Positions 28,204 through 48,082 of a DNA stretch of 64,000 nucleotides are shown piece after piece. The stretch is from Escherichia phage PMBT57. Both the position numbers and the translations under genes were made by a program. The notes beneath the pieces were generated by a model. It did not search any database. It was given only the letters and a program-made list of their open reading frames with translations, and was not told where the DNA came from. Positions within the stretch are counted from its first letter, which is position 1. Every line of letters starts with the position of its first letter. The stretch lies in the sequence record MG770228.1; one strand, written 5' to 3'.

Positions 28204-29421
28204 TTATAGGCCGTTCAGCCGAGGTAGTTTCATAAAGTCCTCGTCACTCATTGCAAGAGGATTAACAAGGACTTCTGTCTTACGCGGTGTAACCCGTGAT
28301 GGGGATGCCGCTGCTGCCTGTTGAGTATTAGTGATTTCAGACTTAGGAGTTGCAACACGAGTTGCTACTGGCTGAACCACTGGTTTAGGTTGTTCAACAG
28401 GTTTCTGCTTAATCAAATCATTAAAACCACCATTAGCAGCAAGGTAGTTACCGACTTGATTATAAGCATCCAGGAATGCTGTACCGATTGGGATTTGGCC
28501 TAAGATTTTGAGTCGTTCAATTTCAGAAACAATACGGTCGTAAATACCGTTAGCTTTCTGTTCAACGATGGTATTAACCAGACCACGGTTTTCCAGCAAT
28601 GCCTGTTTGCTGTGGTCATCCCACGTAGTCGAAATTAACTGAAGAGTAGCTTGTCCTTCTGGAGTGGATTTAGCATCTTCCAGTTCGGTTGCAAATGCTG
28701 CTTCAGCATCTGACACACGGTGATTACCAGCTTGGTATTTAACTTCCTCTTCCGGATTAATATCCAGAACATCAATACCAGATTCTTTAACCAACTTCTT
28801 AATAGCATCAGGATTCCCTTTAACTAAATCGATAGCATAAGAGAGTTGCCTTTCATCTAATAATCCGTTGTTTTCTAACATCAGGAGATACTTACGATAC
28901 GGCTGAATCTCCTGCATTTTACGGGTATAGTTAGCTCCCATTTGCATCAGGCTAATGACCTCTTCAGGACTCTGAGGAGTAATCATTTTGCCGTTAGCTT
29001 TAAACGGAGCCATTATCCGTTCATAACCAGCCTTATAGTCGAAGTCAGTTTTCTGGTCTGATACCTGCTTGTCTTCTTCTACTTTTGCTTGGCCTTGCTC
29101 AGTAGTAGAAGATGCATTATCAGTAGCAGGCTTACTGTTGCTGTCAACCTTATTTGGGTCAACTGTAGCACTATCATTACCAGTTGTGAATGCATCTGAA
29201 TTGCTTTCTGATTCAGAAGTATTTTCTACTTCAGTTGGTTCAGTAGTTACTTCTGTTTCATCAGTTTGTTCAACTTCAACAATTGGGTCTGGTTGTGCAG
29301 GAGTATTATTTTCTACCGGTTCCGGGTTGTTCTGAATGCTTGTTGGACCAGGCATGTTCAGAATCTCTTCATCCGACATTTTAAAAATGTCGGAAGCTGT
29401 TTTTGCAGCTTCCGTAGTCAT
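28204..29421 (-). CDS. scaffolding protein candidate (405 aa)
   Basis: Acidic low-complexity N-terminal third (TEVTTEPTEVENTSESES...), helical remainder; directly upstream of the capsid gene in transcription order. Confidence 0.5.
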   Translation of the reverse strand: MTTEAAKTASDIFKMSDEEILNMPGPTSIQNNPEPVENNTPAQPDPIVEVEQTDETEVTTEPTEVENTSESESNSDAFTTGNDSATVDPNKVDSNSKPATDNASSTTEQGQAKVEEDKQVSDQKTDFDYKAGYERIMAPFKANGKMITPQSPEEVISLMQMGANYTRKMQEIQPYRKYLLMLENNGLLDERQLSYAIDLVKGNPDAIKKLVKESGIDVLDINPEEEVKYQAGNHRVSDAEAAFATELEDAKSTPEGQATLQLISTTWDDHSKQALLENRGLVNTIVEQKANGIYDRIVSEIERLKILGQIPIGTAFLDAYNQVGNYLAANGGFNDLIKQKPVEQPKPVVQPVATRVATPKSEITNTQQAAAASPSRVTPRKTEVLVNPLAMSDEDFMKLPRLNGL

Positions 29422-29446
29422 GGGAGTATCTCCGAGTTAGGATTAA

Positions 29447-29794
29447 TTAAACTTCTTCAGGTTCACCACGAGCAACATCCAATGCATTCTCAATATCTGA
29501 TTGGACACCTACCAGTGTTTCTGCTTTCTGAAGAGTAATTTCCAGATAACGTTTTAAACAACCAGCAGCTTGAGCCATAGCAAGAGCATCAGCACGTTGA
29601 CGGTCTTCAAGTAATGGGTCACAGGATTCTTGTACATAACGAGCACAGTCTACAGTACAGAATTGCTCAAGAATTACTTTACGGAAAAGGGAATTACCCA
29701 TCAGCTTACGAACATCTTCTGCATAAGCACGAGCAGCTTTAATACCCTTCAGTTGGTGTTCCAGTCCTTCAATTTCTTTTTCTTTGCTGTACAT
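29447..29794 (-). CDS. hypothetical head-module protein (115 aa)
   Basis: Track ORF between the portal and scaffold genes. Confidence 0.6.
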   Translation of the reverse strand: MYSKEKEIEGLEHQLKGIKAARAYAEDVRKLMGNSLFRKVILEQFCTVDCARYVQESCDPLLEDRQRADALAMAQAAGCLKRYLEITLQKAETLVGVQSDIENALDVARGEPEEV

Positions 29795-29796
29795 AA

Positions 29797-32580
<2,784 letters not shown>

Positions 32581-32600
<20 letters not shown>

Positions 32601-33207
32601 TACACCTCTCCAGAGGGACATTACCAATACGATTAGCAATCCATCCTGTAGTGTACTCAGGCATATTAAGAGATAAATAGTAGTTTAACTGTTTACCATC
32701 TAGAGACTTCAAAATGAGCTTACAGGCTTCTACTTTGCCTCGTTTATTCTGAAGGCTTTTATATGCACTTAGAGTTCCAGAACCGACTTTACCATCAACT
32801 TGTATTTTAGGGTAGTCTTTGCCATTTCTGGAGAAAGCATTAAGAGATTCTTGTAACCAACGAGATGGTCTTGCAGGTCCAGTATTAACACCAGCATCTA
32901 CTAGTTTTTCTGTTACCGCTGGTGATACATCTGCAAACTTAACAAAGCCAGGCTTCAAGATGTAATCGTTGTAATAAATACTTGATGCCATTTCCTGAGT
33001 TAAGTTCTTCATTGAACCATCCCAGTTATACATCGACTCTAGTTCTTGCTTATGCTTTTGAGCAACCTGAATAGTTACACCATGATTAGTTTCACCTCCT
33101 GGGTCTTTGGGGTCATTAACGTATCCACCCTCAACAGCAAATACAGCAGCAATGATTGCTGCAATAACCCCTCCAACACCGCCAACCTTCTTCTTACTTA
33201 TTGCCAC
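32581..33207 (-). CDS. SAR endolysin, GH108-type N-acetylmuramidase (208 aa; N4 gp61-like)
   Basis: N-terminal weakly hydrophobic Gly/Ala-rich segment (GGVGGVIAAIIAAVFA) typical of a signal-anchor-release domain, followed by EGGYVNDPKDPGGETNHGVT, which matches the GH108 catalytic motif as I recall it. Confidence 0.75.
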
Positions 33208-33457
33208 ACCAATCCTCCTTTGGTTTCAAACGAACCAGTCGGCAAATAATATTCAGCACAAAGAGTGCTATAGCAATGTTATTGCCATGTGGAATATCTT
33301 TGAGGATATGTTGGGGTAATGCAGAGAAAGAACTGGATAAGACATCCACACAAGAGAAGAACAATATTGCTAATGTGCTAATCTGAATAGATGCCCATTT
33401 CCAACAACGTTTCCAATTAGGAACCATTTCCACATGTTTGGTTAACTTGCGAACCAT
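33194..33457 (-). CDS. holin/pinholin candidate (two TM helices)
   Basis: Start moved to the internal Met (MVRKL...); two hydrophobic helices (ISTLAILFFSCVDVL, IAIALFVLNIICRLV); overlaps the endolysin start; SAR endolysins are usually paired with pinholins. Confidence 0.45.
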   Translation of the reverse strand: MVRKLTKHVEMVPNWKRCWKWASIQISTLAILFFSCVDVLSSSFSALPQHILKDIPHGNNIAIALFVLNIICRLVRLKPKEDWCGNK

Positions 33458-33774
33458 GCAAAAATCTCCCGTCTGGCAGCAGCCAGTATACCAATAATGA
33501 TACCCGCTCCAGCCCATACCCATTTACCAAACAATCCAGCACCAACAACTTTGTGTTTGATGGTAATGAACTCTTCAATAGTAGGGGCAGACTCAGCCAG
33601 AGACTTTTCTACATTCTCTAGTCGAGTGTCCATCTTATTAATAGACAGTTGAAGGTTACGTACAGCATCATCTAAATCTTGCCGAGATTTAGCATCACGG
33701 GCATTATTTTCGAAGAGTGTCTTCATACGTTCCTCCATTCGAGCTAGGAGCACCTCTACGGATTCATGACTCAT
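33442..33774 (-). CDS. coiled-coil protein with single C-terminal TM helix (holin/antiholin-like lysis accessory)
   Basis: 110 aa; N-terminal charged helical region, C-terminal GAGLFGKWVWAGAGIIIGILAAA transmembrane segment; first gene after a terminator. Confidence 0.5.
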   Translation of the reverse strand: MSHESVEVLLARMEERMKTLFENNARDAKSRQDLDDAVRNLQLSINKMDTRLENVEKSLAESAPTIEEFITIKHKVVGAGLFGKWVWAGAGIIIGILAAARREIFAWFAS

Positions 33775-33788
33775 GCTAAATCCTTATT

Positions 33789-33811
33789 GAAAAAGCCGGG
33801 GATACCCGGCT
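33789..33811 (-). terminator. rho-independent terminator upstream of the lysis cassette
   Basis: gccggg - gata - cccggc with T5 on the - strand; between the 417-aa gene and the lysis genes. Confidence 0.6.
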
Positions 33812-33877
33812 CTGTTAGTCCTAATGAACAGAGAGTGTGTTTATACACCCGTCAAATAGTACCGATATTTACTAGTA

Positions 33878-35134
<1,257 letters not shown>

Positions 35135-35163
35135 TTAATACCCCCATTGCTGGGGGTTCCTTG

Positions 35164-41737
<6,574 letters not shown>

Positions 41738-43330
41738 TCACACGATATATGAAGAGAGTGGGTTAACACTTCCAGTATCATCACCATCATCCCACAATGG
41801 GTCACCTGATGTATTAACTGGAACCATACCTGCTTGTGGTTTCCACGGGTTCAGGTAGCCAAGCATTGAAATGGTATCAATACAGTCATCCTTACCTTTA
41901 AGACCATTGATAGTGGCTAAACGAATTTGCCCCATAAAGAGTGTCATGATTGGGCTATCTTTCATCTCAGCAGGAAAATACATCTTACCAGCTTTGAACC
42001 AGGGAACCACGAGGTTAAACCTTGATAGCTTACTGGTTACAGGATGAATACCCGGTTGGCCTCCACGACTGGATGCAAAGTTAAAGAACACATTACGGTT
42101 AAGCATTTCCTTCTGAAGAAGAGAAATAAAACCACCTTGCTGTCCGGTAGTTTCTACACCAACTTGTTGTGGTTGGTATTCCTGAACCAGACGGAATAAG
42201 TCATCAAAGTTCTTATCCATAGTTTGACGGCAAGCAATACCATCTACCCAGAACCAGTCACCGTTAGAACCATATGCCCATACTGATATTACAGAGTAAT
42301 CAGATACCTGCTTCTCGCTGGTAGCAAAGTCAGTGGTGATATAGAAGTTATAACAAGAACGTAGACGTAATAGCTGCGTACGGGAATACCATTTAATCTC
42401 TGAATCTTGAATCAGACGTTCATCTTCAGAGCTGATACGTAACATCAATTCCTGATAAAAGGATGCCAGCTTACCTGTCTTCAATGCCATCTGGTATTGG
42501 TCATTGATGTAGTCATAGGAGAAACGGTCTTCCCAAGCACCTTGAAATTCTTCTCGCGTACATGGGAATTTCTCACATACAGGCCATACGTTGACATCCC
42601 AAGCACCAGATTCAACTGCTTCAATAAGAATGTCTTCCTTATTAAAGGGAGTACCATTAAATATTACCTTGCGTCTTGTTGGGTCAAGAGCATGGTTCAC
42701 GCCCTTATATACCGTGTCTTTAATGGCCTCCATTGATGTACGTGAGCGAGCATCATCATCGCTAACTAAGTCATCCAGTACACAAAGAACGGGACGTTTA
42801 CCAAAAATCTTAGTACCACGAAGACCTGTCTTAGCACCGAACATCTTCACACCAAGACGGTGACCTTCAGCATTTACAAACTCAAGGTAGTTATCTGTGA
42901 AGGTAGCTTTAGGAATCCATTGTTGCAGGAATGGTGAATTGTTGTATCGAAACTCAATGTTCTTACGGGCAGACTTAACACCGTTATCCATAGAGTCAGA
43001 TACATAAATCATTCCTTCTACTTTACCCAAGCTAGGTAGATGCCCAAACACTGCTAAGAACAAAGTAAAGTATTCCATGAACAGAGTTGTCTTTGCTGCA
43101 CCACGGAAACATAAGTTAGCAATGTACTGATTCCTACTGGTTATCTTATCCAGCATCTTTAAGTGAACAGGAGGGGTTTTGTTTGATTCCCCCTCCTTAC
43201 CATTAACCAGCTTAATAAAGTTAGCAAAGGTCAGTGCAAACTCGGTTGGTATATACGTAGGGGTATTCAGAACGGAATAGTCCACTTGGTCTAGCCATTC
43301 ATCCAACTCCTGTTTAATTAGTTCAGACAT
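41738..43330 (-). CDS. terminase large subunit
   Basis: Walker A-like RGAAKTT near the N-terminus of the ATPase domain and a nuclease-like acidic C-terminal half; start moved to Met15 (MSELIKQ) to avoid a 50-nt overlap with the upstream gene. Confidence 0.7.
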   Translation of the reverse strand: MSELIKQELDEWLDQVDYSVLNTPTYIPTEFALTFANFIKLVNGKEGESNKTPPVHLKMLDKITSRNQYIANLCFRGAAKTTLFMEYFTLFLAVFGHLPSLGKVEGMIYVSDSMDNGVKSARKNIEFRYNNSPFLQQWIPKATFTDNYLEFVNAEGHRLGVKMFGAKTGLRGTKIFGKRPVLCVLDDLVSDDDARSRTSMEAIKDTVYKGVNHALDPTRRKVIFNGTPFNKEDILIEAVESGAWDVNVWPVCEKFPCTREEFQGAWEDRFSYDYINDQYQMALKTGKLASFYQELMLRISSEDERLIQDSEIKWYSRTQLLRLRSCYNFYITTDFATSEKQVSDYSVISVWAYGSNGDWFWVDGIACRQTMDKNFDDLFRLVQEYQPQQVGVETTGQQGGFISLLQKEMLNRNVFFNFASSRGGQPGIHPVTSKLSRFNLVVPWFKAGKMYFPAEMKDSPIMTLFMGQIRLATINGLKGKDDCIDTISMLGYLNPWKPQAGMVPVNTSGDPLWDDGDDTGSVNPLSSYIV

Positions 43331-44015
43331 CAATAATATCCTCGTCTTCTCGAACCAGTGTGGAACCTGCAATTACTTTAGTAGGTGTACCAGCTTCAAT
43401 AGCTGCTTTCTGAGCTTCAGCCAACTGGGTTAGTGTGTTCTTGAGTTCAGTCAATCCAGAGTTTTCTCTCAAATCCAGATTGATATTAGTAACAGCATCC
43501 TTCGGTTTCTGGAGGTGAGTAAGGATAGAGTTGGCAGCATCACACTGTACCTTCTCACTGGTAGCATTCTTCATGAGCCATGCCTGATGGTTCAATGCTT
43601 CCTGAAACAAATCCTGATTAACAATCCATACTGGAATCAGTGATTGTTCCATAATGAGGTTTACTAACTTACCTCTATGGTAAGCAGATACATAAGCAGA
43701 GATGTCCTTCTCACTGGTTCCCCTTGCTACTAATTCAGCTTGTCTGTTGGGGAATGTTTTGAAGTAAGCATCTTTGTTGCTATACCCCATGTGTTTGTAA
43801 GTAACATATTGAACAGCATTAAGATAATCCTGGGTCTTAAACTTCCCATCCTTCATCACCCCAGCATAAGTCACAAAGTTATTTCTAATTTGCTCTGCTG
43901 CTGTCTGGTCTTGGGTCACATTGTTAATCATGTTTACCAGTTGGTCAGTAACACTGCTTTTAAACTGGGGAGGCAATGCAGAAACAATGTCTTTCTTCGT
44001 CAGTAGTGTGCTCAT
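43323..44015 (-). CDS. first gene of the late operon (230 aa); possible small-terminase-like packaging partner
   Basis: Immediately upstream of the large terminase and overlapping it; RBS AGGAAG before the ATG; product is positional inference. Confidence 0.4.
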   Translation of the reverse strand: MSTLLTKKDIVSALPPQFKSSVTDQLVNMINNVTQDQTAAEQIRNNFVTYAGVMKDGKFKTQDYLNAVQYVTYKHMGYSNKDAYFKTFPNRQAELVARGTSEKDISAYVSAYHRGKLVNLIMEQSLIPVWIVNQDLFQEALNHQAWLMKNATSEKVQCDAANSILTHLQKPKDAVTNINLDLRENSGLTELKNTLTQLAEAQKAAIEAGTPTKVIAGSTLVREDEDIIDV

Positions 44016-44142
44016 AGTCTTCCTACAAATTATCTAGAGTGAAGAGGATTCTTTTCTTGGGGTTAGCACCCCTTGCAGAAACCTATACATAGATTTAGAC
44101 TTTAGACTTTCTTTAGTCTCCTTACAATAGTAAGACAGAGAC

Positions 44143-44484
44143 ATGGGGAGCCTATTGCCCAAAGGAACCAGTAACATGAGACTATTCTATAGTTTTGACG
44201 GTAATGACCAATGGAATGAGATAGACTTCAGTAAAATAGGTGGAGCTATCCCAGTTGGAGGGGCTATACCAGGTGACCATATCTTATGTCACGATGAGGA
44301 GTCTTTCCATTACATCTCCGGTATGATGTTAATCAATAACGTCACTGGGTTTACTGTCCATAAACCTGCACCAGTACGTGTCATTACCAAGCCTATTGAG
44401 GGTCTTGCATTCTTTACAAGAATACCTCAAAGTATCTCTATCAAACGACAGCGTGACGCCATCGAGATGACCGTGGTTGCTTGA
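44143..44484 (+). CDS. questionable ORF (113 aa) in the putative terminal region
   Basis: Track ORF with weak RBS; contains an 18-nt imperfect tandem DNA repeat encoding GGAIPVGGAIPG; may be non-coding. Confidence 0.25.
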   Translation: MGSLLPKGTSNMRLFYSFDGNDQWNEIDFSKIGGAIPVGGAIPGDHILCHDEESFHYISGMMLINNVTGFTVHKPAPVRVITKPIEGLAFFTRIPQSISIKRQRDAIEMTVVA

Positions 44485-44647
44485 TAAGCCATTGCCCGCC
44501 CAGGAGTTGGTGGCGGGAAACAGGGAACTGTTTGAATAACCACTCCAGCTACATTCACCCATCTCCAAGACACCTTTGTTATCTGCCATTGGGTGATGAG
44601 TAGTATCAGAGAGAACTGATTTAACAAACACACTCGGTATAGGAATT

Positions 44648-44676
44648 GGGAGCCATTTGGCTCCCTTTTTCTTTTA
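44648..44676 (+). terminator. rho-independent terminator
   Basis: gggagcc - atttg - gctccc followed by TTTTTCTTTT. Confidence 0.65.
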
Positions 44677-44694
44677 TGAACCAAGGAGTTCTAT

Positions 44695-45060
44695 ATGAAC
44701 ATTCGTCCTAATGAAGTTTATGGTATCAACCTAGAATACACTACAAACAAACCTGCTCTATTTCACTGCGGTTCCACCAATCTATTCCATGCTATGTGTG
44801 GTAATACCAAACCTCTTTACTTACCCGAATCGGATGATACCCATGCCCTACTAGGTAACTGGTTCTTAGAAGGTAAAGACATTAGTACCATTCTTCTCGA
44901 ACCAAGGAAGAAAGTAGCAATACCTACTAATGCATGGAATAACGAAGTCATTTACTTCCTAGCACCAGAAGGCTTTGAACCAGTGATAGAACAGAATCAC
45001 TTTAATCATGCAGTTACTTTCTACTTCAGAGAGACTTCAAAGTTATCTGCTTATAAATAA
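44695..45060 (+). CDS. hypothetical protein (121 aa)
   Basis: Strong RBS AAGGAG 8 nt upstream of the ATG; track ORF. Confidence 0.6.
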   Translation: MNIRPNEVYGINLEYTTNKPALFHCGSTNLFHAMCGNTKPLYLPESDDTHALLGNWFLEGKDISTILLEPRKKVAIPTNAWNNEVIYFLAPEGFEPVIEQNHFNHAVTFYFRETSKLSAYK

Positions 45061-45068
45061 GGAAAGCT

Positions 45069-45197
45069 ATGTGGTATATAACAGTTAAAGGTTTATCCGA
45101 ACCAGTGATGATAGATAGCCTGGCATTCGTAGAAGTAGGTCATCCTATTCTTATAGAAGGTAAGTTGTATGAAGTTGTTAGTATTTATAAGAGATAA
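45069..45197 (+). CDS. small hypothetical protein (42 aa)
   Basis: ATG preceded by AAGGAAAG, 8 nt after the upstream stop; below the track cutoff; coordinates approximate. Confidence 0.35.
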   Translation: MWYITVKGLSEPVMIDSLAFVEVGHPILIEGKLYEVVSIYKR

Positions 45198-45305
45198 ATA
45201 GGAAGTCTATTAGATAGATACCTTATAATTTTTTCTTAGTGAAAATAGTCATAGTTACTTATGAGTTCAGTATTTGGTGGGGCTACACCCCTTACACCAT
45301 AAGCA

Positions 45306-45314
45306 CCCCCCCCC
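45306..45314. repeat. homopolymeric C9 tract in a 230-nt non-coding region
   Basis: Nine consecutive C read in the intergenic region 45198-45427, flanked by a ggctaca/tgtagcc inverted repeat. Confidence 0.5.
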
Positions 45315-45363
45315 TGTCTTTACTAGTGTAGCCTTAGCCTACCCCACCTTGTACACGTTACAC

Positions 45364-45381
45364 GTTGCTTCGCAACTTATG
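45364..45381 (+). promoter_or_regulatory. candidate vRNAP hairpin promoter (P-a)
   Basis: Perfect 5-bp stem / 3-nt loop gttgc-TTC-gcaac (template-strand loop GAA), followed by TTATGGA with G 11 nt from the loop centre; same architecture as the elements at 45833 and 49820. Confidence 0.55.
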
Positions 45382-45427
45382 GACATGTTGTCCGTATCTT
45401 ATCAATCAACTATTGGAGACTAATACT

Positions 45428-45754
45428 ATGACTACTCAGGCTAACGTTCGTATGACTGTAGGAACTCTGTTGGGTACTGTTAACGAAGCAGCAACTACTG
45501 TAGCTGATACATTCGGTACTGCTACTAAAGCAGTAGGTATGCTTAATCGTTATGTAACTAAACAAGCAGATAAACAAATCATTCGTGACAAATTAGAAAT
45601 GCATGAGTTTACCAATAAACTTATTGAAGAAACTGCAATGCAAGAAGCTATTCGTCAGAAACAAATCTTAGACTTCTGCAAAGATGAACAAAACAAAGAA
45701 TTGTTCTCTAATGCCTATGACCGTCTTAGCAAAATCTTAGCAGACTCTAAATAA
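45428..45754 (+). CDS. hypothetical early protein (108 aa)
   Basis: Start moved to the ATG preceded by GGAG (track start upstream is within the promoter hairpin); followed by a hairpin terminator. Confidence 0.6.
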   Translation: MTTQANVRMTVGTLLGTVNEAATTVADTFGTATKAVGMLNRYVTKQADKQIIRDKLEMHEFTNKLIEETAMQEAIRQKQILDFCKDEQNKELFSNAYDRLSKILADSK

Positions 45755-45766
45755 CAACAAACAAAT

Positions 45767-45790
45767 GGAGGCTCCTCGGAGTCTCCTTTT
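45767..45790 (+). terminator. rho-independent terminator
   Basis: 8-bp stem ggaggctc / gagtctcc (one G-T pair) with a ctcg loop, followed by TTTT. Confidence 0.5.
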
Positions 45791-45830
45791 ACATAGAACC
45801 GATAGTTCAATAACTATCTACTTTAAAGAT

Positions 45831-45850
45831 AAGAAGCTCCGCTTCTTTTG
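45831..45850 (+). promoter_or_regulatory. candidate vRNAP hairpin promoter (P-b)
   Basis: aagaagc-TCC-gcttctt (7-bp stem, 3-nt loop; template-strand loop GGA) followed by TTTTGGA with G 11 nt from the loop centre. Confidence 0.6.
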
Positions 45851-45958
45851 GATGAAGTAATGCATCCAATCCTGTATGAAATCTTAACCTTTTGTCTGGG
45901 ATTACTTACCGACAAAGTAGTCTCAACTAATCAAAATCAACTATCTGGAGAGTACAAA

Positions 45959-46345
45959 ATGGCTATCACTACTTTTGCTAAAACCTTTGGTCAGACTTCT
46001 ACTAAAACTGAATCCAACAATGGTTCTCGCCCGAAAGCTCAGTTCTGGATTAACGTTGGCTACGTAGCTAATGAAGGCACTGAAGATGAACGTTTCATCT
46101 CTCTGCCTACTGGTATTCCACTGGATACTCAGGAGCATCTGCCAACCAATTCCTCTAACGAAGACTTCCGTGCAATGCGTTGTGCACAGAACGATTTGTT
46201 AGACCAACTGATGGAATTTGCTAAGACTCTGGAACCGGGTCAAGAAGGAGTTATCTCCTTGCAAGTTCAACTTCGTCGAGTTAAAGAAGAAGCTCCTGCT
46301 ATCTCAGCAAGTGAGAATAAATATGCTCGTAAACTGACTTTCTAA
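45959..46345 (+). CDS. hypothetical early protein (129 aa)
   Basis: Start moved to the ATG preceded by GGAGAG (track start 45848 is TTG and sits inside the promoter hairpin); a strong terminator follows. Confidence 0.55.
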   Translation: MAITTFAKTFGQTSTKTESNNGSRPKAQFWINVGYVANEGTEDERFISLPTGIPLDTQEHLPTNSSNEDFRAMRCAQNDLLDQLMEFAKTLEPGQEGVISLQVQLRRVKEEAPAISASENKYARKLTF

Positions 46346-46352
46346 TCTCTAT

Positions 46353-46380
46353 AGGACTACCTTCGGGTAGTCCTTTTTAA
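46353..46380 (+). terminator. rho-independent terminator
   Basis: aggactacc - ttcg - ggtagtcct (9-bp stem, TTCG loop) followed by TTTTT. Confidence 0.75.
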
Positions 46381-46487
46381 TTTTAACTATCTAAATACTA
46401 AAGTAGAGATTTTGACCCTTTTCGACGAAGGGATACTAAAAAGTAATGGATAGTTTGAGCAGATGTTTTAGAAGAAGGAGTATACAG

Positions 46488-46802
46488 ATGCATCCTCTTA
46501 TAAAACGATTCCTGATGGACTATCAGGAGTGGTTAGATAATGGAGCCAGTGAACCTCATTACCTGTTTGATAGGGGTAGTGGACTGTGTGTTCAACTAGG
46601 CAAGTATCTTAGAAGACAGCCAATCAGTGAAGAAACAGTAGATGCTCTGTGTAAGAGCTTTACTCATTTACTTCCTGATAATGATACCAATCTACCATTC
46701 AATGTAGATGTTCTCGACTACATGATGGAATGTTCTGATGGAAGATGTCATCTGAACCAAAGTCGAATTAATTGGATTAAGAGTCAGTTGGAGAGTAAGT
46801 AA
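46488..46802 (+). CDS. hypothetical early protein (105 aa)
   Basis: Start moved to the ATG preceded by AGAAGGAG; track ORF frame. Confidence 0.6.
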   Translation: MHPLIKRFLMDYQEWLDNGASEPHYLFDRGSGLCVQLGKYLRRQPISEETVDALCKSFTHLLPDNDTNLPFNVDVLDYMMECSDGRCHLNQSRINWIKSQLESK

Positions 46803-46805
46803 ATT

Positions 46806-47243
46806 ATGTCATATGAAATTGTAAAACATTGGACTTCTAAGGCTGGGCTGAAAGCTTGGGTATTGCTGGTAAATGGTGGTAGTCATCATTGTGGTTACGT
46901 AGAAATACCTGAAGCATTACTGGATAAAAACTTCTATGACTATATCTGTGATGATGAAGAAACACTTCATATTGCAGTACATGGTGGAGTTACCTATCAA
47001 GGTGTTCCTCAGTGGGCTGATGGGATTAAAGTCATAGGTTATGACTGTGCTCATGCAGGGGATAAACTGAAATGTCCTAAACAATTCATTGGCTCTCTTA
47101 GGGAGAGACTCTATGAGGATTCTTATGGAGTATGGCGAGATGAAGAATACTGCATCAATGAATGTGAAAGCATGGCAGACCAGTTAATTAACCTGATACC
47201 AAAATTAGGGTTTAACGATGAAATTCAGAACAGTAATGGTTAA
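46806..47243 (+). CDS. Cys/His-rich hypothetical protein (145 aa), possible metal-binding
   Basis: Clusters GGSHHCGY, HIAVHGG, YDCAHAGD, KCPK, CINEC; no family recognised. Confidence 0.6.
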   Translation: MSYEIVKHWTSKAGLKAWVLLVNGGSHHCGYVEIPEALLDKNFYDYICDDEETLHIAVHGGVTYQGVPQWADGIKVIGYDCAHAGDKLKCPKQFIGSLRERLYEDSYGVWRDEEYCINECESMADQLINLIPKLGFNDEIQNSNG

Positions 47244-47415
47244 TGCTCTTGATACCAGGGGTAATGAAATCATTAGCTATAAAGTGCAAGGCTTTAAATG
47301 GTTCAAATGGAAAACATTAACTAGCTTTAAAGAATTTGAGAAAGATAAAGCTATTAAGTTAACCAAGAAGTTGAACCAACGTAAGAAGATTAAATTAGTT
47401 ACTGTAATTAAATAA
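47236..47415 (+). CDS. small basic protein (59 aa)
   Basis: Start moved to the internal Met (MVNALD) overlapping the upstream stop (ATGGTTAATG); Lys-rich. Confidence 0.45.
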   Translation: MVNALDTRGNEIISYKVQGFKWFKWKTLTSFKEFEKDKAIKLTKKLNQRKKIKLVTVIK

Positions 47416-47425
47416 GGATAAGGCA

Positions 47426-47584
47426 ATGCGTAAATCACTAATCATGGGAACCAAAGAAGACGTTGCTAAGATGAAAGCTAAACGTCAGATGAATAAAGCA
47501 GTAACGTTTGCAGAACGTTATAGTACGTCTGAACCAGTACGTCGTATTGTTACTTTCAACCATCCAGCTATTAAGGGTATGTAA
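47426..47584 (+). CDS. small hypothetical protein (52 aa)
   Basis: ATG preceded by AAGGATAAGG; stop overlaps the next start (TAATG); below the track cutoff. Confidence 0.4.
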   Translation: MRKSLIMGTKEDVAKMKAKRQMNKAVTFAERYSTSEPVRRIVTFNHPAIKGM

Positions 47585-47793
47585 TGCAAACTAAAGATAA
47601 GAAAGACTTAGAACGTCTTCTCCGTGTATATGGTGATTATGCATTGTTAGCAGAGATAACTAATATTATCGAAGAAGACTGTCGTAACGGTTATGCCAAT
47701 AACCCACAAGCAATAATTCATCGTGATGCAGTAGTGCTTAGAGAAGCAGTCAGTAAGATGCAAGTATTACATCCATTAAGACAACGAGCATAA
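47584..47793 (+). CDS. hypothetical protein (69 aa)
   Basis: Track ORF; a terminator follows. Confidence 0.55.
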   Translation: MQTKDKKDLERLLRVYGDYALLAEITNIIEEDCRNGYANNPQAIIHRDAVVLREAVSKMQVLHPLRQRA

Positions 47794-47805
47794 ATAGGAG
47801 GGGGC

Positions 47806-47836
47806 TACTAAGCCCTCTTCTTATTTTTATCGTGGT
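47806..47836 (+). terminator. rho-independent terminator
   Basis: ggagggggc ... gccctcttc stem (with G-T pairs) followed by TTATTTTTAT. Confidence 0.5.
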
Positions 47837-47866
47837 TATTAAGCAACTATCTTAGAGGAAGGAATA

Positions 47867-48082
47867 ATGGAACAGTTAAACTACGGTTATAAGATTAAAC
47901 GCAATCAAGTAAGAGGTTCTTGGTTATTTCTCGTTTATGGTAAACCAATCTATGAATTACATCGTGGAGAGAAATCCAAGACCTATTACGTAACTCATAT
48001 TGCTACAGGAAAAACTCCTGCATGTGCAGGATTGCTTCGTGATGCAATTATGAAAGCATGTATGTTAGAAGGACTTCTATGA
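47867..48082 (+). CDS. hypothetical protein (71 aa)
   Basis: RBS GAGGAAGG upstream of the ATG; track ORF. Confidence 0.55.
   Translation: MEQLNYGYKIKRNQVRGSWLFLVYGKPIYELHRGEKSKTYYVTHIATGKTPACAGLLRDAIMKACMLEGLL

Noticed and set aside
44329-44684. Two overlapping - strand ORFs (100 and 85 aa) in the strand-switch region
   Set aside because: No RBS, overlapping each other and the + strand ORF, and located where the late operon has not yet begun; likely spurious.
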